DNA from: Eledone cirrhosa
Taxonomy: Eukaryota
Direction: 5' to 3'
DNA: 64,000 bases
NCBI GenBank assembly: GCA_964016885.1
Contig: OZ024746.1
Span: 17,856,001-17,920,000 of the forward strand
Both the position numbers and the translations under genes were made by a program. The notes beneath the pieces were generated by a model. That model was not told the DNA's origin. It made no database searches and saw only the letters and a program-made list of their open reading frames with translations. Every line of letters begins with the position of its first letter. Position 1 is the first letter of the stretch. Positions 14,561 through 27,100 of the stretch are shown piece by piece.

Positions 14561-16064
14561 GACAATGAATATATTTAATTTGAATGTCTGTGTTATGGAT
14601 CTCTCTTCCTTCATCTTGTTTCTCCAAACTTTTATAATCTTAATTAATTCTTTTAAATCAAATAACCATTTTCTGATTTCAAGAGTAGTGTCTCATTAAA
14701 TTTTCTTTTCTAATCTTCACCAAACTAAGTGGTTGCTTAGAGCTTGTAGTGCTGGTTACTTGCCATTTAGTTGGGAATGACTTCCAATAAATAGAAAAAG
14801 AAGGAATCAAACACATTTTTTAACTCAGCCAGCTGGGAACTTCTTATCTTCTAAGGACCAAGCTACTTTCTACAATCTTATTTAATAAATGAATTTCATA
14901 TTACAGACCAAACAAGTAAACTTTTAGAGTTTTTTATTTATTTTTTTTATCATTTCCTTTTTTTTTTAGATTTAATTACTTCATTGTGAATTCACACGAG
15001 AAAGACAATATGTCTGAGTTGAGTAATATTAATATTTTTTGTTCGTTTTTAATGTAAATTAAGCTTTAACTTGCCAATAGTTGAGGGAAAGGAATAGGCA
15101 CTAGATAAATGAAAACTTTTGTTGTAGTAACCTAAAAATATTTCTTTCATTGCTTTTTTTACTCTTATTTTTTTTGTTTGTTTGTTTTTTGCTCTAGATT
15201 CCTGTGTTCTACTGACATGGTTACAGTAATTTATTTTTGTAGTCATTCATTCATAACCTGACCACTTTTGTCTGGTATTGGGATGGTATTACAGTGTTTT
15301 GTCTGGTATTGTTAGTATTAGGATGGTATTAGTGTTTTATCTGGTCATGTAAGTTTTGGGAAAGTAAGACATGACCAAAACCAAACAGAAAGTCGTGTAG
15401 GTCAACCATCAAGGGATTTACTAAAATCATTGATTTTTTTCATTAAGACATGATTTGTAACATAGCTTAAGAAAATTTTTTTATATAAATTTATTTATGA
15501 AGGTTTTAATTAAAATAGGAACTCTTGGTGGTTTTGTTTTATGGAACCAGGGGGGGGGGGGGGGGGGGTATAGGGAGCTTGATCTCAGAAGTGTAAAGGG
15601 AAATTGATTGATTCTTTCAGTTCGATAATATCCTGATGATTAGAGAATATAAGTGGCTAAGACCAGATTCCTATTGTAACAACATTTTTTTCACTTCAAT
15701 AAAGAAAATAGTTCACATTACTGTTGTGTGTTTAAATGTTGTTGTGACTATCTTCTCTATATAAATAAACAAAGTTAGACTAGGAACCATTAATATGTCA
15801 GATAAAAGTAATAGTTAAATTTATAAGTCAGTAATAAAAAAAATATGTGTAAAAATATCTAAGAAATCTTCTATGAACATATATATCAATAGGACTCAAT
15901 CTGAGAGGAGGCAGGCTGAACCATAACAGTCACACATACCAGAAGTGGCTGTTATTGTTATTGTTAAACCCCAGGTCAGATCAAGAAGACATGATCAAAG
16001 CATTCTAGCCATATCACATCTAGGATTATATTTTCTAATCTGTCCCTTCCATTTCTTCTCAAGA

Positions 16065-16795
16065 CAAAGCTTGCATTCTCCATTGGATGTGTAATAGTAA
16101 TATACGTAAACAGCAAAGCATAAAGGAACTAAGTGAGAAATTAGGAATAAGAGGAATCAGATGCTGTTTACTCGAGAGAAGACTACGTTGGTATGGTAAC
16201 GTGATGCGCATGAAAGACGACAACTGTATAAAAAAATGGAGGGCGATCAGAATATATGGAAGCTACGGAGTAGGCAGACCCAGAAAAACCTAGGATGATT
16301 TGATTAATTCCGACCTTACACATTTACACCTCTCCAAGACAATGGCACTGGACCGAGATCTTTGGCGCTAGGCAGTAACACAGAAGACCCGCCTTGCCTA
16401 AGTACAAAGCGAAACCTACAGTCAGTAGGCACCTCTTAACCAAAAATACACCCCATCCCACTACCCCCACCCCCATCTTCACCATCCCTTTCTCTGTAAA
16501 GTTATGTTGGTACCACAACATCCAGTCCTAAATAAATGAGGTCGTGTAGGTGTCACGACAAAAAAACACAGCCCACACTGTAATGTGGCCATGTAGGTAA
16601 CATGGTAAAAACCTCCCAGTCCACACTGTAAACGTGGTTGGTGTTAGGAAGGGTATCCAGCCGTAGAAAACCTGCCAGACAGTCCTATACGAGCAAGACA
16701 ACCAATCTTGCCTCACGTGGGACAATTCACGTCCAAACCCATGCTAGTGTGGAAGATAGACGTTAAACGATGATGATGATGATGATGATAATGAT
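16065..16795 (+). mobile_element. 5'-truncated RTE LINE copy
   Basis: MCNSNIRKQQSIKELSEKLGIRGIRCC...GRPRKT, followed by the shared 3' UTR and a (GAT)n tail. Confidence 0.9.
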
Positions 16796-17489
16796 AGTAG
16801 TAGGATGTGATTTTAGAGATATATATGCTATTTATAGCATAGACCCTCCACACCCCTTGAAGCAGATATATGATCAAAGCAATCCAGCCATGACCATCAT
16901 GCTTTTCTTTTAAAATATATTCCATCTAGGATTATATTTTCTAATTTGTCACTTCCTTTTCTTCTTAAGATAGTAGGATGTGATTTTAGATATATATATA
17001 TATAGCTGCTATTTCTAGCACAGCCCCCCCCCCCCCCCCCCCACCCCAACCTGCCCTCAGTAGCTTTAGGCAATTATAAGATTCCCTCAAAACCTATCTA
17101 CTAAACTACTAACACTGCAGTATCGTGTTATTGACTCAGCCTTACTAGTCATTCACCAATAAAATATTTACAACGAAGAAGACTATATAGTACACTAGTA
17201 TACCTCTTTTAAGTAACCCCCACACACATACATGTAAAATAAACCCGTTCTAAATTTACATACTTAAGTATTCTGCATCATATGATACCTGGATGTACAA
17301 ACTGGGGGCTGGGGATAGGGGTGGGGTAAGAAATATACGTGCAAAACTATAAATGTATGCATGTATAAGAATATGTAACCATATACACTGCTTATATATT
17401 ACACACTCAGACAGGCATATATGTATACATACATGCATATATATATATATATGTATACATACTTATATGCATATATATATATATATGGT

Positions 17490-18030
17490 GGCTGCCAACT
17501 CGTTTTCGAGTACGGCCACTACTTTATATCCATGTAAGAGAACCCCTACTGATGCGCTGAACGAGTGTGATTTTTAGTCCAGCCAGCGACTTGAAAACTC
17601 TGGTACAAACAGTACACTTGTGACAATTATTGACACATAGTGCTGGGCCCATGGCACCATGTGACGACAAGTGCAGAGAGATCTCCAGATATAAAGCAAT
17701 GCCTGTGCCGTGAAGCTTTTATAGTGAGCAAAGGCACTGCACAAAGCCAGTCCCACTCTCTTAACCAAGATGATATTTACCAAAAAGAAGAACAAGTCAA
17801 CATTATTGGATACCATCAGGGTTGCAGGTGTTATATCAGAGTTTTCCTTCTCTTGACAAAGGCTAAGGGGTCATCTCTCCCGCTGATTTTGGATGGCCAT
17901 TGACTCTTAAGAGCTCCTTTGCCCTTTGACAGGTTTTGTTTTTAGTTCTGCAGGATGTCCAAAGTCACCCTCCTCACCAAGAAACCTTGGTGGGATTGTC
18001 AGTTTAGTCGCCAACGACCCGACCATGAGA
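17490..18030 (-). mobile_element. Degenerate RTE/BovB-like remnant
   Basis: Minus strand encodes CTVCTRVFKSLAGLKNH (C2H2-like C-terminus of RTE-type LINEs); frames disrupted. Confidence 0.5.
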
Positions 18031-18076
18031 CAGGTTGTACATACATACATACATGCATATATATATATATATATAT

Positions 18077-18405
18077 CATCATCATTAATTAACATCAATC
18101 TTCCACGCTAGCATGGGTTAGACGGGTTTATCTCACTTGAAGCAAGATTGGTCGGGTGACCATGTCTCACTCATATAGAACTGTTTCTGGCTGGTTTTCT
18201 ACGGCTGGATGCCATTCTTAACACCAACCACATTTACAGTGTGGACTGGGAGCCTTTTTACTGTGTCTCCTACACGACCACTTTACAGTGTGGACTGGAT
18301 GTTGTGTGGTACCAACATAACTTTACAGAGAAAGGGTGGTGTGGGTGGAAGTGGGAGGATGGAGTAGGGTGTGTGGGGTGGGGTGTATATTGGGTTACTG
18401 ACTAG
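18077..18405 (-). mobile_element. RTE 3' UTR fragment
   Basis: Reverse complement of the 3' UTR seen at 16440-16795. Further fragments at 21565-21835, 22550-22725, 34930-35125, 51473-51810 and 62670-62890. Confidence 0.8.
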
Positions 18406-18426
18406 GTTTTTATATATATATATAAA

Positions 18427-18730
18427 TCAGCATATAGAGAGAAATAACATAAATATATGTTTTCAATCACAGGGGATTTAAAACCACCAGTGTCACGAAC
18501 ATATTAACTAGTACACTTTAATTTATTCTTTTAATTGATTTGTATTCACCATTCCATCCGTAATTAATATGTTCGTCACAGTGGTGATTTTAAGTCCCCT
18601 ACGATTGAACACATATATCTATATGTATTTCTCTCTATATGCTGAATCATAGAGAGCCCGGAATCTGTTCTTTGAGTTCATTAAATCATAGGGGATGATT
18701 GTGAGTTTTTAACTCGACTTTTTAATTTGA
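18427..18730. repeat. Imperfect palindrome plus one-sided tail between (TA)n tracts
   Basis: Arms ~18427-18508 and ~18562-18645; tail 18646-18730. No hammerhead recognised. Confidence 0.7.
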
Positions 18731-18743
18731 TATATATACATAT

Positions 18744-19402
18744 ATATTTATTAAAATAACAGATTAAAGTTTAAGCAAAGAATCGCTGCTTTCACCCTTA
18801 ACGGGATCTTCTGAAACTAACAAAGTCAATCTGTAAACGCAGAACTGGATATTTCAAAAAACGTTGCAACCGGAGGAAGACAGGAAGACGATACTTTGGT
18901 TCGTGGTAACGTTCGCTGGCAAAGAACGGGAAAAAACGAATAACATGTCATTAATAGGAGCGGTGAAAAACAATTACGCGCAAAGACAAAACCACGTTTA
19001 TGGTATAAAGGAGGTCGTAGACTAATGTTCTCTTAAGTGGTGCATAGAGACGTTCTCTGGCAATGAACGAAAAAACGAAGATAATAAGTCATATGTGGAG
19101 CGTGGAGAACAATAGCACGCAAAGACAAAACCACGTAAATGGTATAGCAGAAATCGTAGACTAAAATTCTAACTAGGAGACCAAATGAATCTCACGTTTT
19201 TTGAAATATCCAGTTCTGCGTTTACAGATTGACTTTGTTAGTTTCAGAAGATCCCGTTAAGGGTGAAAGCAGCGATTCTTTGCTTAAACTTTAATCTGTT
19301 ATTTTAATAAATATTTGCTCTATGGTTCTTATATATTTGATATATATTTTCCTTATCGAGCCCTCTTTGGATTTTAGTCTTCAATTTTATTATTATTACT
19401 AT
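18744..19402. mobile_element. Hammerhead palindrome (PLE-like) with tandem-duplicated spacer
   Basis: Arms 18744-18864 / 19194-19314; the spacer holds a diverged direct repeat of period 140; tail 19315-19402; flanked by (TA)n. Internally deleted copy at 20566-20685. Confidence 0.8.
19240..19290 (+). ncRNA. Type I hammerhead ribozyme-like motif, U4A core variant
   Basis: AGTTT-CAGAAGA-tCCCgttaaGGGt-GAAA-GCA(gcgattctt)TGC-T-T-AAACT; all three stems pair. Confidence 0.55.
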
Positions 19403-19407
19403 ATACA

Positions 19408-19441
<34 letters not shown>

Positions 19442-19449
19442 CATGTATG

Positions 19450-19750
19450 TAAAAGGTAAACAGAAATAACAACACAATTTGTACAGTATATGGAAGGAGT
19501 ATATTAGTTTGATGCTTGAAATAGCAGGAAGAGGGTCTTAACGTTTTGGACGCTAGTACTTCATTAGAAGAAAGAATGAGAAATTAGAAAGATTGAAGGG
19601 TCAGGCAGGGCAGAATTGGAAAAAATGTTTTTAAAGAAAAATGACAAGTCCATTCATGTTGTCATCTCTTGGGAAACTGTTGGTGCTGGTGTTTGATATA
19701 TTTTTTTAGAAAAGTGATATTGGTAAACACCAATATAACCAAATAACCAA
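19450..19750 (-). mobile_element. Hammerhead-containing dispersed repeat (family B), copy 2
   Basis: Degenerate core at 19536-19571; very similar to 30575-30830. Confidence 0.7.
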
Positions 19751-19838
<88 letters not shown>

Positions 19839-19839
<1 letters not shown>

Positions 19840-20028
19840 ACAAAGGAGTTGTGGTAAGGAACCAGATGGACCATAACGCACCAGAGTACTCAATACTTAG
19901 TGTAGTAGAGTGGAAAATAGGAAAAAGTAAGACCCCGACGGCAGAGCTCAAGCCGTTTCGACGGCTATTTCTGGAAATAGCCGTCGAAACGGCTTGAGCT
20001 CTGCCGTCGGGGTCATACTTTTTCCTAT
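19839..20028. mobile_element. Short palindromic element (family A) in (TA)n
   Basis: Tail 19839-19916; arms 19917-19971 / 19974-20028. Relatives at 20699-20832, 58858-59054, 21103-21200, 59067-59102 and 4467-4550. Confidence 0.85.
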
Positions 20029-20850
20029 ATATATAGATATATATAATTATGAAGGAGAACAGAAGGGGACCCATAGTGAAATAAGGTACTCAATACATTA
20101 GTAGAGAAGATCCATATATATTTCATATAGAGATGACTTCTACAGGATTAAAACTGTTTCTTAGGGGTAGAGAAAGTGGGGGGGGGGGGTTATAGAAGAA
20201 GGAGGATGAGGAGGAATGTCATAACATCTAGTTGGTCAGTTTTTTTTATTGAAGAATATACTGGAGTGAGCTAGGATACTCACACACATATGTATATGAT
20301 GATGATGATGATGATGATGATATATATATATTATATACATGACACAATTCAATGTCAGTGACCAAGCTGCCGAAGTGTGATAAAACTGTTTTGACACTTT
20401 ATAATATATGATACTAGTGAGAACTAAACAAACTTTAATTTAACATATTTTGGTGTTTTTAAATGTTTAACATACCAACTCTTCACTGATGCAATTATTC
20501 TTTCCATTATAACACATGAACTCAGATCAAGTTGATATATATATATATACATATATATATATATTAATTTATTAAAATAACAGATTAAAGTTTAAGCAAA
20601 GAATCGCTGCTTTCACCCTTAACGGGATCTTCTGAAACTAACAGCCCTCTTTGGATTTTAGTCTTCAAATTTATTATTATTACTATATATATATATATAA
20701 CAAAGGAAGTGTGGTAAGGAACCAGATGGACCATAACGCACCAGAGTACTCAATACTTAGGGTAGTAGAGTGGGTAATAGGAAAATGTTCAAGACGCCGA
20801 CGGCAGAGCTCAAGCCATTTCGACGGCTATTTCTATATATATATATATAT

Positions 20851-21083
20851 AGGTAGTACACTGGAAGGTAATATCTGTAGTGGTAGAGCACTCAGTACAT
20901 GGGACGAGTTAGGTAGAAGTGGTTACACAACAGTTAGTTCACCATACCGAGAACAATTGTTTCACCTTAGCGGATCCTCAGCTCGTAATGGACATATAAC
21001 CATGTCCATTACGAGCTGAGGATCTGCTAAGGTGAAACAATTGTTCTCGGTATGGTGAACTAACTGTTGTGTAACCACTTCTA
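20851..21083. mobile_element. Hammerhead palindrome (PLE-like) in (TA)n
   Basis: Tail 20851-20913; arms 20914-20995 / 21002-21083 (one mismatch seen); 6-bp spacer. Confidence 0.85.
21006..21055 (+). ncRNA. Minimal type I hammerhead ribozyme
   Basis: ccatta CGAG-CTGAGGA-tctgctaaggt-GAAA-CAATTG-T-T-CTCG gtatgg: palindromic stem III, stem I with internal loop. Mirrored on the minus strand in the left arm. Confidence 0.7.
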
Positions 21084-21857
21084 TATATATATATATATAT
21101 ATAGGAAAAGAGTCAAGACCCTGATGGCTGAGCTCTGGCCATTTCAACAGCTAGAGCCGAACTTTTATGGTCCACCTGGTATCTTACCACACCCTTTTTG
21201 TAATATATATATATATATTAGAATGATCGAGTATCGAAAAATCGGCGCACGAGTTCACGATAAACAAAATTCGAAATGAGCGGCAGAGGGCTCAATAATT
21301 CAGATGAATCAGATATATATATATTCATTAGTTAAGCAAAACAAGACCACAAACTTCACAAGGAAGACATTATTAAAAGATTGTCAACAAGGTTCAATTC
21401 TGAGTTGTGTGTTGTGTTCATGACCCACCCTCCAAATTTGGCAAACTGAACATGGACCGCAACAGCCACCAAATGAAGAAGACAGATGATATCAAGCTGC
21501 AGTTGTCATATTACATAGTGTCTGTATAATAAAGCTAATAAAGCCATTATTATCTATCTATATATAGGTGTCACGAAAAAAAACACCCAGTCCATACTGT
21601 GAATGTGTTTGGCATTAGGAAGGGCACCCAGCGCACACTGTAAAGTGATTGCATAGGTGTCACGTCAAAAAGCACCCAACACACACTGTAAATGTGGTTG
21701 GCATTAGGAAGGGCATCCAGCCATAGAAACCAAGCTAGAAACAATTCTGTATGAGCAAGACAGTCACCTGACCTGATATGCCTCAAATGGGACAACCCGT
21801 CTAACCCATGCTAGTATGGAAAACAGTGATGGTGATATATATGTGTGTGTGTGTGTG

Positions 21858-22020
21858 TAAAAATTAAACAGAAATAAGAAAGCAAATGACACAATACAAT
21901 GAATAAATATTTTAGTATAATGCTTGAAATAGCAGGAAAAGAGTCTTAACATTTCGGACATTTGTCTTTCATCAGAAGATAGATTTAGAAATAAAAGATA
22001 AAATAGAAAGATAAAGAGTG
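21858..22020 (-). mobile_element. Hammerhead-containing dispersed repeat (family B), copy 3
   Basis: Minus strand TCTT CTGATGA A AGAC aaat GTCC GAAATGTT AAGA at 21944-21979; abuts (TG)n. Confidence 0.65.
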
Positions 22021-22054
22021 ATAAGAATATGTATATTTAAATAATAGCGTTATT

Positions 22055-22087
<33 letters not shown>

Positions 22088-22405
22088 GCCACTATTGCAA
22101 CGTGATACCAAAATGAACAAAGTGTGGCATGGCAGAGTCAGTAAATGTCAAGTAGTTTTATTACTGAAATAATATCCAAGTAAATATAAAAAAAAGACAA
22201 ACCCATCTTAGAATGTATGACATGAATGTCATGGCTGTAAACAACTTGGCAAACATGGAATTGAAAATCACATGAAGCAAAATCTAAATATGATGAAACA
22301 GTACCTAAACATACATATAATGTATGAAAAACAATATACACATATACATTATACATATATACACATACATATACATTATTTATACACATACATAATACAT
22401 ATACA

Positions 22406-22520
22406 TGGAGGCACATGGCTTAGTGGTTAGAGCATTAACCTTGCAATCGAAAGGTTGTGAGTTCAATTCTCAGACTGAATGATGTGTTGTTTCCTTGAGC
22501 AAGACACTTTATTTCAAATG
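22406..22520 (+). mobile_element. tRNA-derived SINE 5' part
   Basis: A-box tggcttagtgg and B-box gttcaattc, then ccttgagcaagacactttatttc. Related copy at 22890-23000. Confidence 0.7.
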
Positions 22521-24144
22521 AGATGATAGGGACTGGGGTCCATATCATTCCACTGCAAAGTGGTCGTGGAGGTGCCACGGCAAAAAAAGCTCCCAGCACT
22601 CACTGTAAATGAGGTTGGTGTTAGGAAGGGCATCCAGCTGTAGAAATCAAGCCAGAATCAGTTCCCGTCCCACCCTTGCAAGCAGGGAAAAAGCGGACGT
22701 AAAATGAAATGATGATGATGATGATATATAATACACATACATAATACATGTATATACACAAACAAAACATTTATACACATACATAATACATATATACACT
22801 TACATTATACATATATGCATATACATGATGCATATATGCACATATATAATACATATGTACACATACATTTAAATCTACATTGTGAAGGAATGTAACTTAG
22901 GGGTTAGAAAATTGGATCCACAATTGTGAGGTTGCGAGTTTGATTCCCAGATGGGGCGATGTGTTATGTCCTTGAACAAAACACTTTATTTCACATTAGT
23001 CTTTCTCCAAGTGTTGCAACTGGTAAGATAGATAGTATTAGCAATTAGAAAGACCAATGGAAACATTGTTCCTCACTCCAATTTAACAAGTTCCACTCCA
23101 CTCGGTAAACGAAAGCGGTCTGGAGTCTTGTTGATCGATCTATATTATATTATCATCATTGTCATTATCGTTTAATATCTGTTTTCCCTGCTAGCAAGGG
23201 TTGGACACATCTACATAGACAAAGTCGGTACTGAAGCAGGGCTACTGACCTAGACAGGTCAAAGGGTCTGTATTCTGCTTATATACAGTCTTATCTAGTG
23301 CAGAGGAGAAGTTGTCGTGTCTTTTGATACAAAATGAAAGGTCCTCCTTACCCTCATTTGGCAAGTTTTTTTATATTATATTATATTATATCATATTTTC
23401 TTCTTAGATGTATAATGTAGAAGAATATGTCGAAGGGTTCCACCTGAAAGGTGAATGGCCCAACAAGTACCTCAGAGAAAATGTCAAGATGTACCAAACT
23501 TTACTGAATATGTTTTATTGTTTAAAACTGACATCCAACCCTAATTCTAACCAAGAATTCACAAACAAGCTATTTTGTAAACAAGCCATTGAATTACTGT
23601 GGGAAAAAATTACTCCATTGACAAGATTTATTATTTTGGTAGAGAAATTGAAAAACATGGAGGAAGAACAAGCAAGTAGTGAGAGGGGAGGGGGAGAAAA
23701 GGGGGAGGAGAAGAGAAGGAGAAAGGAAGACGGAGGGGGGAGAATAGAAGAAGGAGAGATGAAGAGTGGAGGAGAGGAGGAGGAATAGAAGACGGGGGAG
23801 GGGGGAAGGAGGAGAAGGAGAGAAGGAAAAAGAATAAGAAAGAGGAATCAGATGATAATAATAATAATGATTTCATTTATTAGCCACAAGGGCCGACATG
23901 TAGGGGACAATACAAAGACAGGGACAGTGGGGGTTTACAATAAGGTCGAGTAAAAGTGCACAATGGCAAGACTAATTTAACAATGAAAATATAAAATATA
24001 AAATAAACTATGCAAAATATAACAAAATAAATTCCCCGATAGGGGGTGGACGACCCTGGGGTGATTCGGGTACCCCACCAATCCTGAACCACCCTGCGCT
24101 TCTAGGGCACCCAGGAGAGCACCCCTCTCCTCAAGTTAGCTAGC

Positions 24145-27100
24145 CTATAGGCGCATGGTCAGAGTAGGCCCATTCACACGAGCCATTCTCGCCACATTCA
24201 CCCACCTTTTAGCAAATGTACTGGGGGGCAGCACTTCTCTCTCCACCCTCACCCTCCTTTCCAGGTGAAACTTGAAGAAGTTGATGAGGGATTGGCCGAA
24301 GAGAAAAGTGTCTGTCTTTAGTCCTTTCAACCTGGTCCACCATATAATCTCTTTCGCAACTGCCACCAGACAGAGGAAAATGTCCTGCTCTTCCTGACCT
24401 AAGGAAGGTGGCGGCTCGATCTTCACTATGGACTCGGCCGATAATTGGATTCGTTCCACACGCGACAGTAGCTGTTCGACATAACTCCACAAGTCAGTAA
24501 TGCACGGACATTGGACAAGTGCGTGCAGAACGGTTTCGTCGTTCTGTGCGCATCTTGGGCAGGTCCGTCTGACAGCACTTCCGTGCCTGTAGAGTTTATC
24601 TCGAACCGGCAGTGCCCCCCGGTAGCACTGCCAAGCGAGGGATTTCTGGAAATTGTCCATCGTCCCCGGCTCAAAAGTCCTCCGGTACAGACTGGTCAGT
24701 TCGACTTCGTCGAGGCCCAAAGCTTCTCCGAGTGCGTCATCGCACTTGCCCACCACTAATCCTCTATAAAACTCGAGAGTGGAAGTTCCACTGATCGCAT
24801 TGCCCGCTTGGTAGAGGGCAGTGAGTGCCTGGCAACATTCCAGGTGCCAGTCACCCAGTCTCGGTCTCTTCTTGACCCAGGACTGCAGCTCAGTCAAAGA
24901 AATGAGCTGCGGAAAAGCCCGTCTGATAAACGGCGACCACACCTGTTCACCATTGAGGCAGAATATCTGGAGATGTCGCAGCCTCAACGCATGTCTGCGC
25001 ATCATTAGCCACGGCATGCCCAGCCCTCCACGTAGAGGGTGCTGGCAGCAGATGGACCGCCTCACCAACGGAACTTGTCCCCTCCACAAGAATTTGAAGA
25101 GGAGCTGTTCCAACTTGATGAGGCGTGAACGGGGGCAAGGCACGACGGTTAGGCGGTAATAGATGACGGACGCGATGTACGCATTCGCCACCTCCGCGCG
25201 ACCTTTCAGTGATAGCTTCCTCCCAGCCCATTTTTGGGTGAGACTGGCTACTCTGCTCGTTACCTCGTCCCAATTCTTTTCCACCTGGAGGTCTGGTCCG
25301 AACCAAACCCCGAGCAACTTTACTGGTCCGTCCGTCCAGCGCCCCACGACGCTGTTGGACGGCATGGGCTTGCCTCTCCAGGTTCCGAGCTGCAAGCCCA
25401 CCGACTTTTCCGGCTTAAGTTTGGCTCCTGTCAACCTTTCATATTCTTTCAATAAGGTGCCGACCACCTTGATTTCTGAGGTGTTCGACACCATCACGGT
25501 GATGTCGTCCGCATAAGCCGACACTGCCTTTCCACGTCCCGGTTCGAGCGGGATGCCCTGCAACAGCTCCAGCTTCCGCAGTAAAGGCTCGAGAGTCAAT
25601 ACGTACAGAAGGGAAGAGAGAGGGCACCCTTGACGGACCGATCGGGAGAGCCGAAATGGTTCCGAGAGGTGGCCATTAACTTTGACCACCGAGCGTGTGC
25701 CGCTGTGCATTGCAACGATCCAGCTTCTAAAGACAGGGCCGAAGCCAGCTGCTTTGAGGACAAACTCCAGATACCGATGGTCGACCCTATCGAATGCTTT
25801 CGATTGATCTAAATTGATCAGTGCCCCACCGAAGCCAGGTTTACACCCTACCCTCTCTATGATGTATCGCATGAGGTGGAGATTGTCGTGTATGGATCTG
25901 GCTGGGATTGCGCAAGTTTGCGCCTCCCCAACCAAATCCTCGACGACAAGCGCCAATCTCTTTGCTAACACCTTGGCCAAAATCTTAAACTCTGTGTTGA
26001 GCAGAGTTATGGGCCTGAAGTTGTCTAATGTATCCCTCTTGTTCTCGTCTTTCCTTATCAGCGTCACCACTCCCCTGCTCACAGAACTGGGAATACTCCC
26101 ATTCTGCTGCCAGTTACAGTAGAGTGCTTCGAGGAGTTCGGAGAACAAGTCTGGCATATTTACGTAAAGCTCGTAGGGCAGGCCATCCAAGCCGGGTGAC
26201 TTGCGCCTCATGCAGCTGACAAGGGCGTCCTGAATTTCGGCTGAAGTAATTGGCCTTTCGCAGCGCTCAGCGTCGACCGTCGAGATGCGTGGCAAGCCGT
26301 CAAGGTAGGGACTGAAATCCGCTACTCTCTCTGACCCGCCACTCTCCCCGAACAACCGAGCAAAGTGCTGGCGAAAGGCCTCACACATCCGCTTGGAATC
26401 GCTTATCTCGTGTCCGTCTCGGTCCGCCAAAGACCGAATTGTGGTTTTATTACCACGCTGCGACTCCGCCACGCGGGCCCATCGAACAGCTTTAGTTCCC
26501 TCGTTTCTCAGCGCACGCGCCTTAGCTCTGACAATGCAACCTTCGTGTTTGGCATCGAAGAAATGGTTTAATGCCATTCTCGCCGCTAGCACGTCAGTTG
26601 CGATGCCACTACAAATAGCCTCGTCTAACTTATCTACCAGCTCCCCCTCCTTTCTATTTTTCTCTAACGCTAGTTCTTTGCTGAACTCTATCGAAGTTAC
26701 TCTAATCTCTCTTTTGAGAGCCCCCCACCATCTGTTGTTGATGATCCCCCCTATCAACTTTTGCTTAACTAACTTATTGACTCGGTCCCTGTACGCCTTA
26801 CGTGCCGGAAATGACATGTTCAACTTCCAGTAACCCGGTCCTAACCTACGCGTTTTATTTAGGTCGACCGTACAGATCACAAATTTGTGATCTGAATAGG
26901 CGATTGTTTTAAAAAGTGGACAGCCTACACTATTTCTATCTATTTTCCTAATGAAGATTCTGTCTATATACGATCTAGATGACCCCATTCGGTTGGTCCA
27001 TGTCCATACTGGCACATTGGGGAAATCTAGTCGATACCTGTCAGACAGTTGGAACTGGCTGAGTAGGTGCTTGAGGCTTTTGCACCCCCCGCTCCTATCA

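Noticed and set aside
22406-22480. tRNA gene
   Set aside because: Has A/B boxes but no intact cloverleaf, and continues into a SINE body.
23408-23788. 126-aa ORF after a good splice acceptor
   Set aside because: No recognisable domain and it runs into purine-rich low complexity. Could be an exon but is unsupported.
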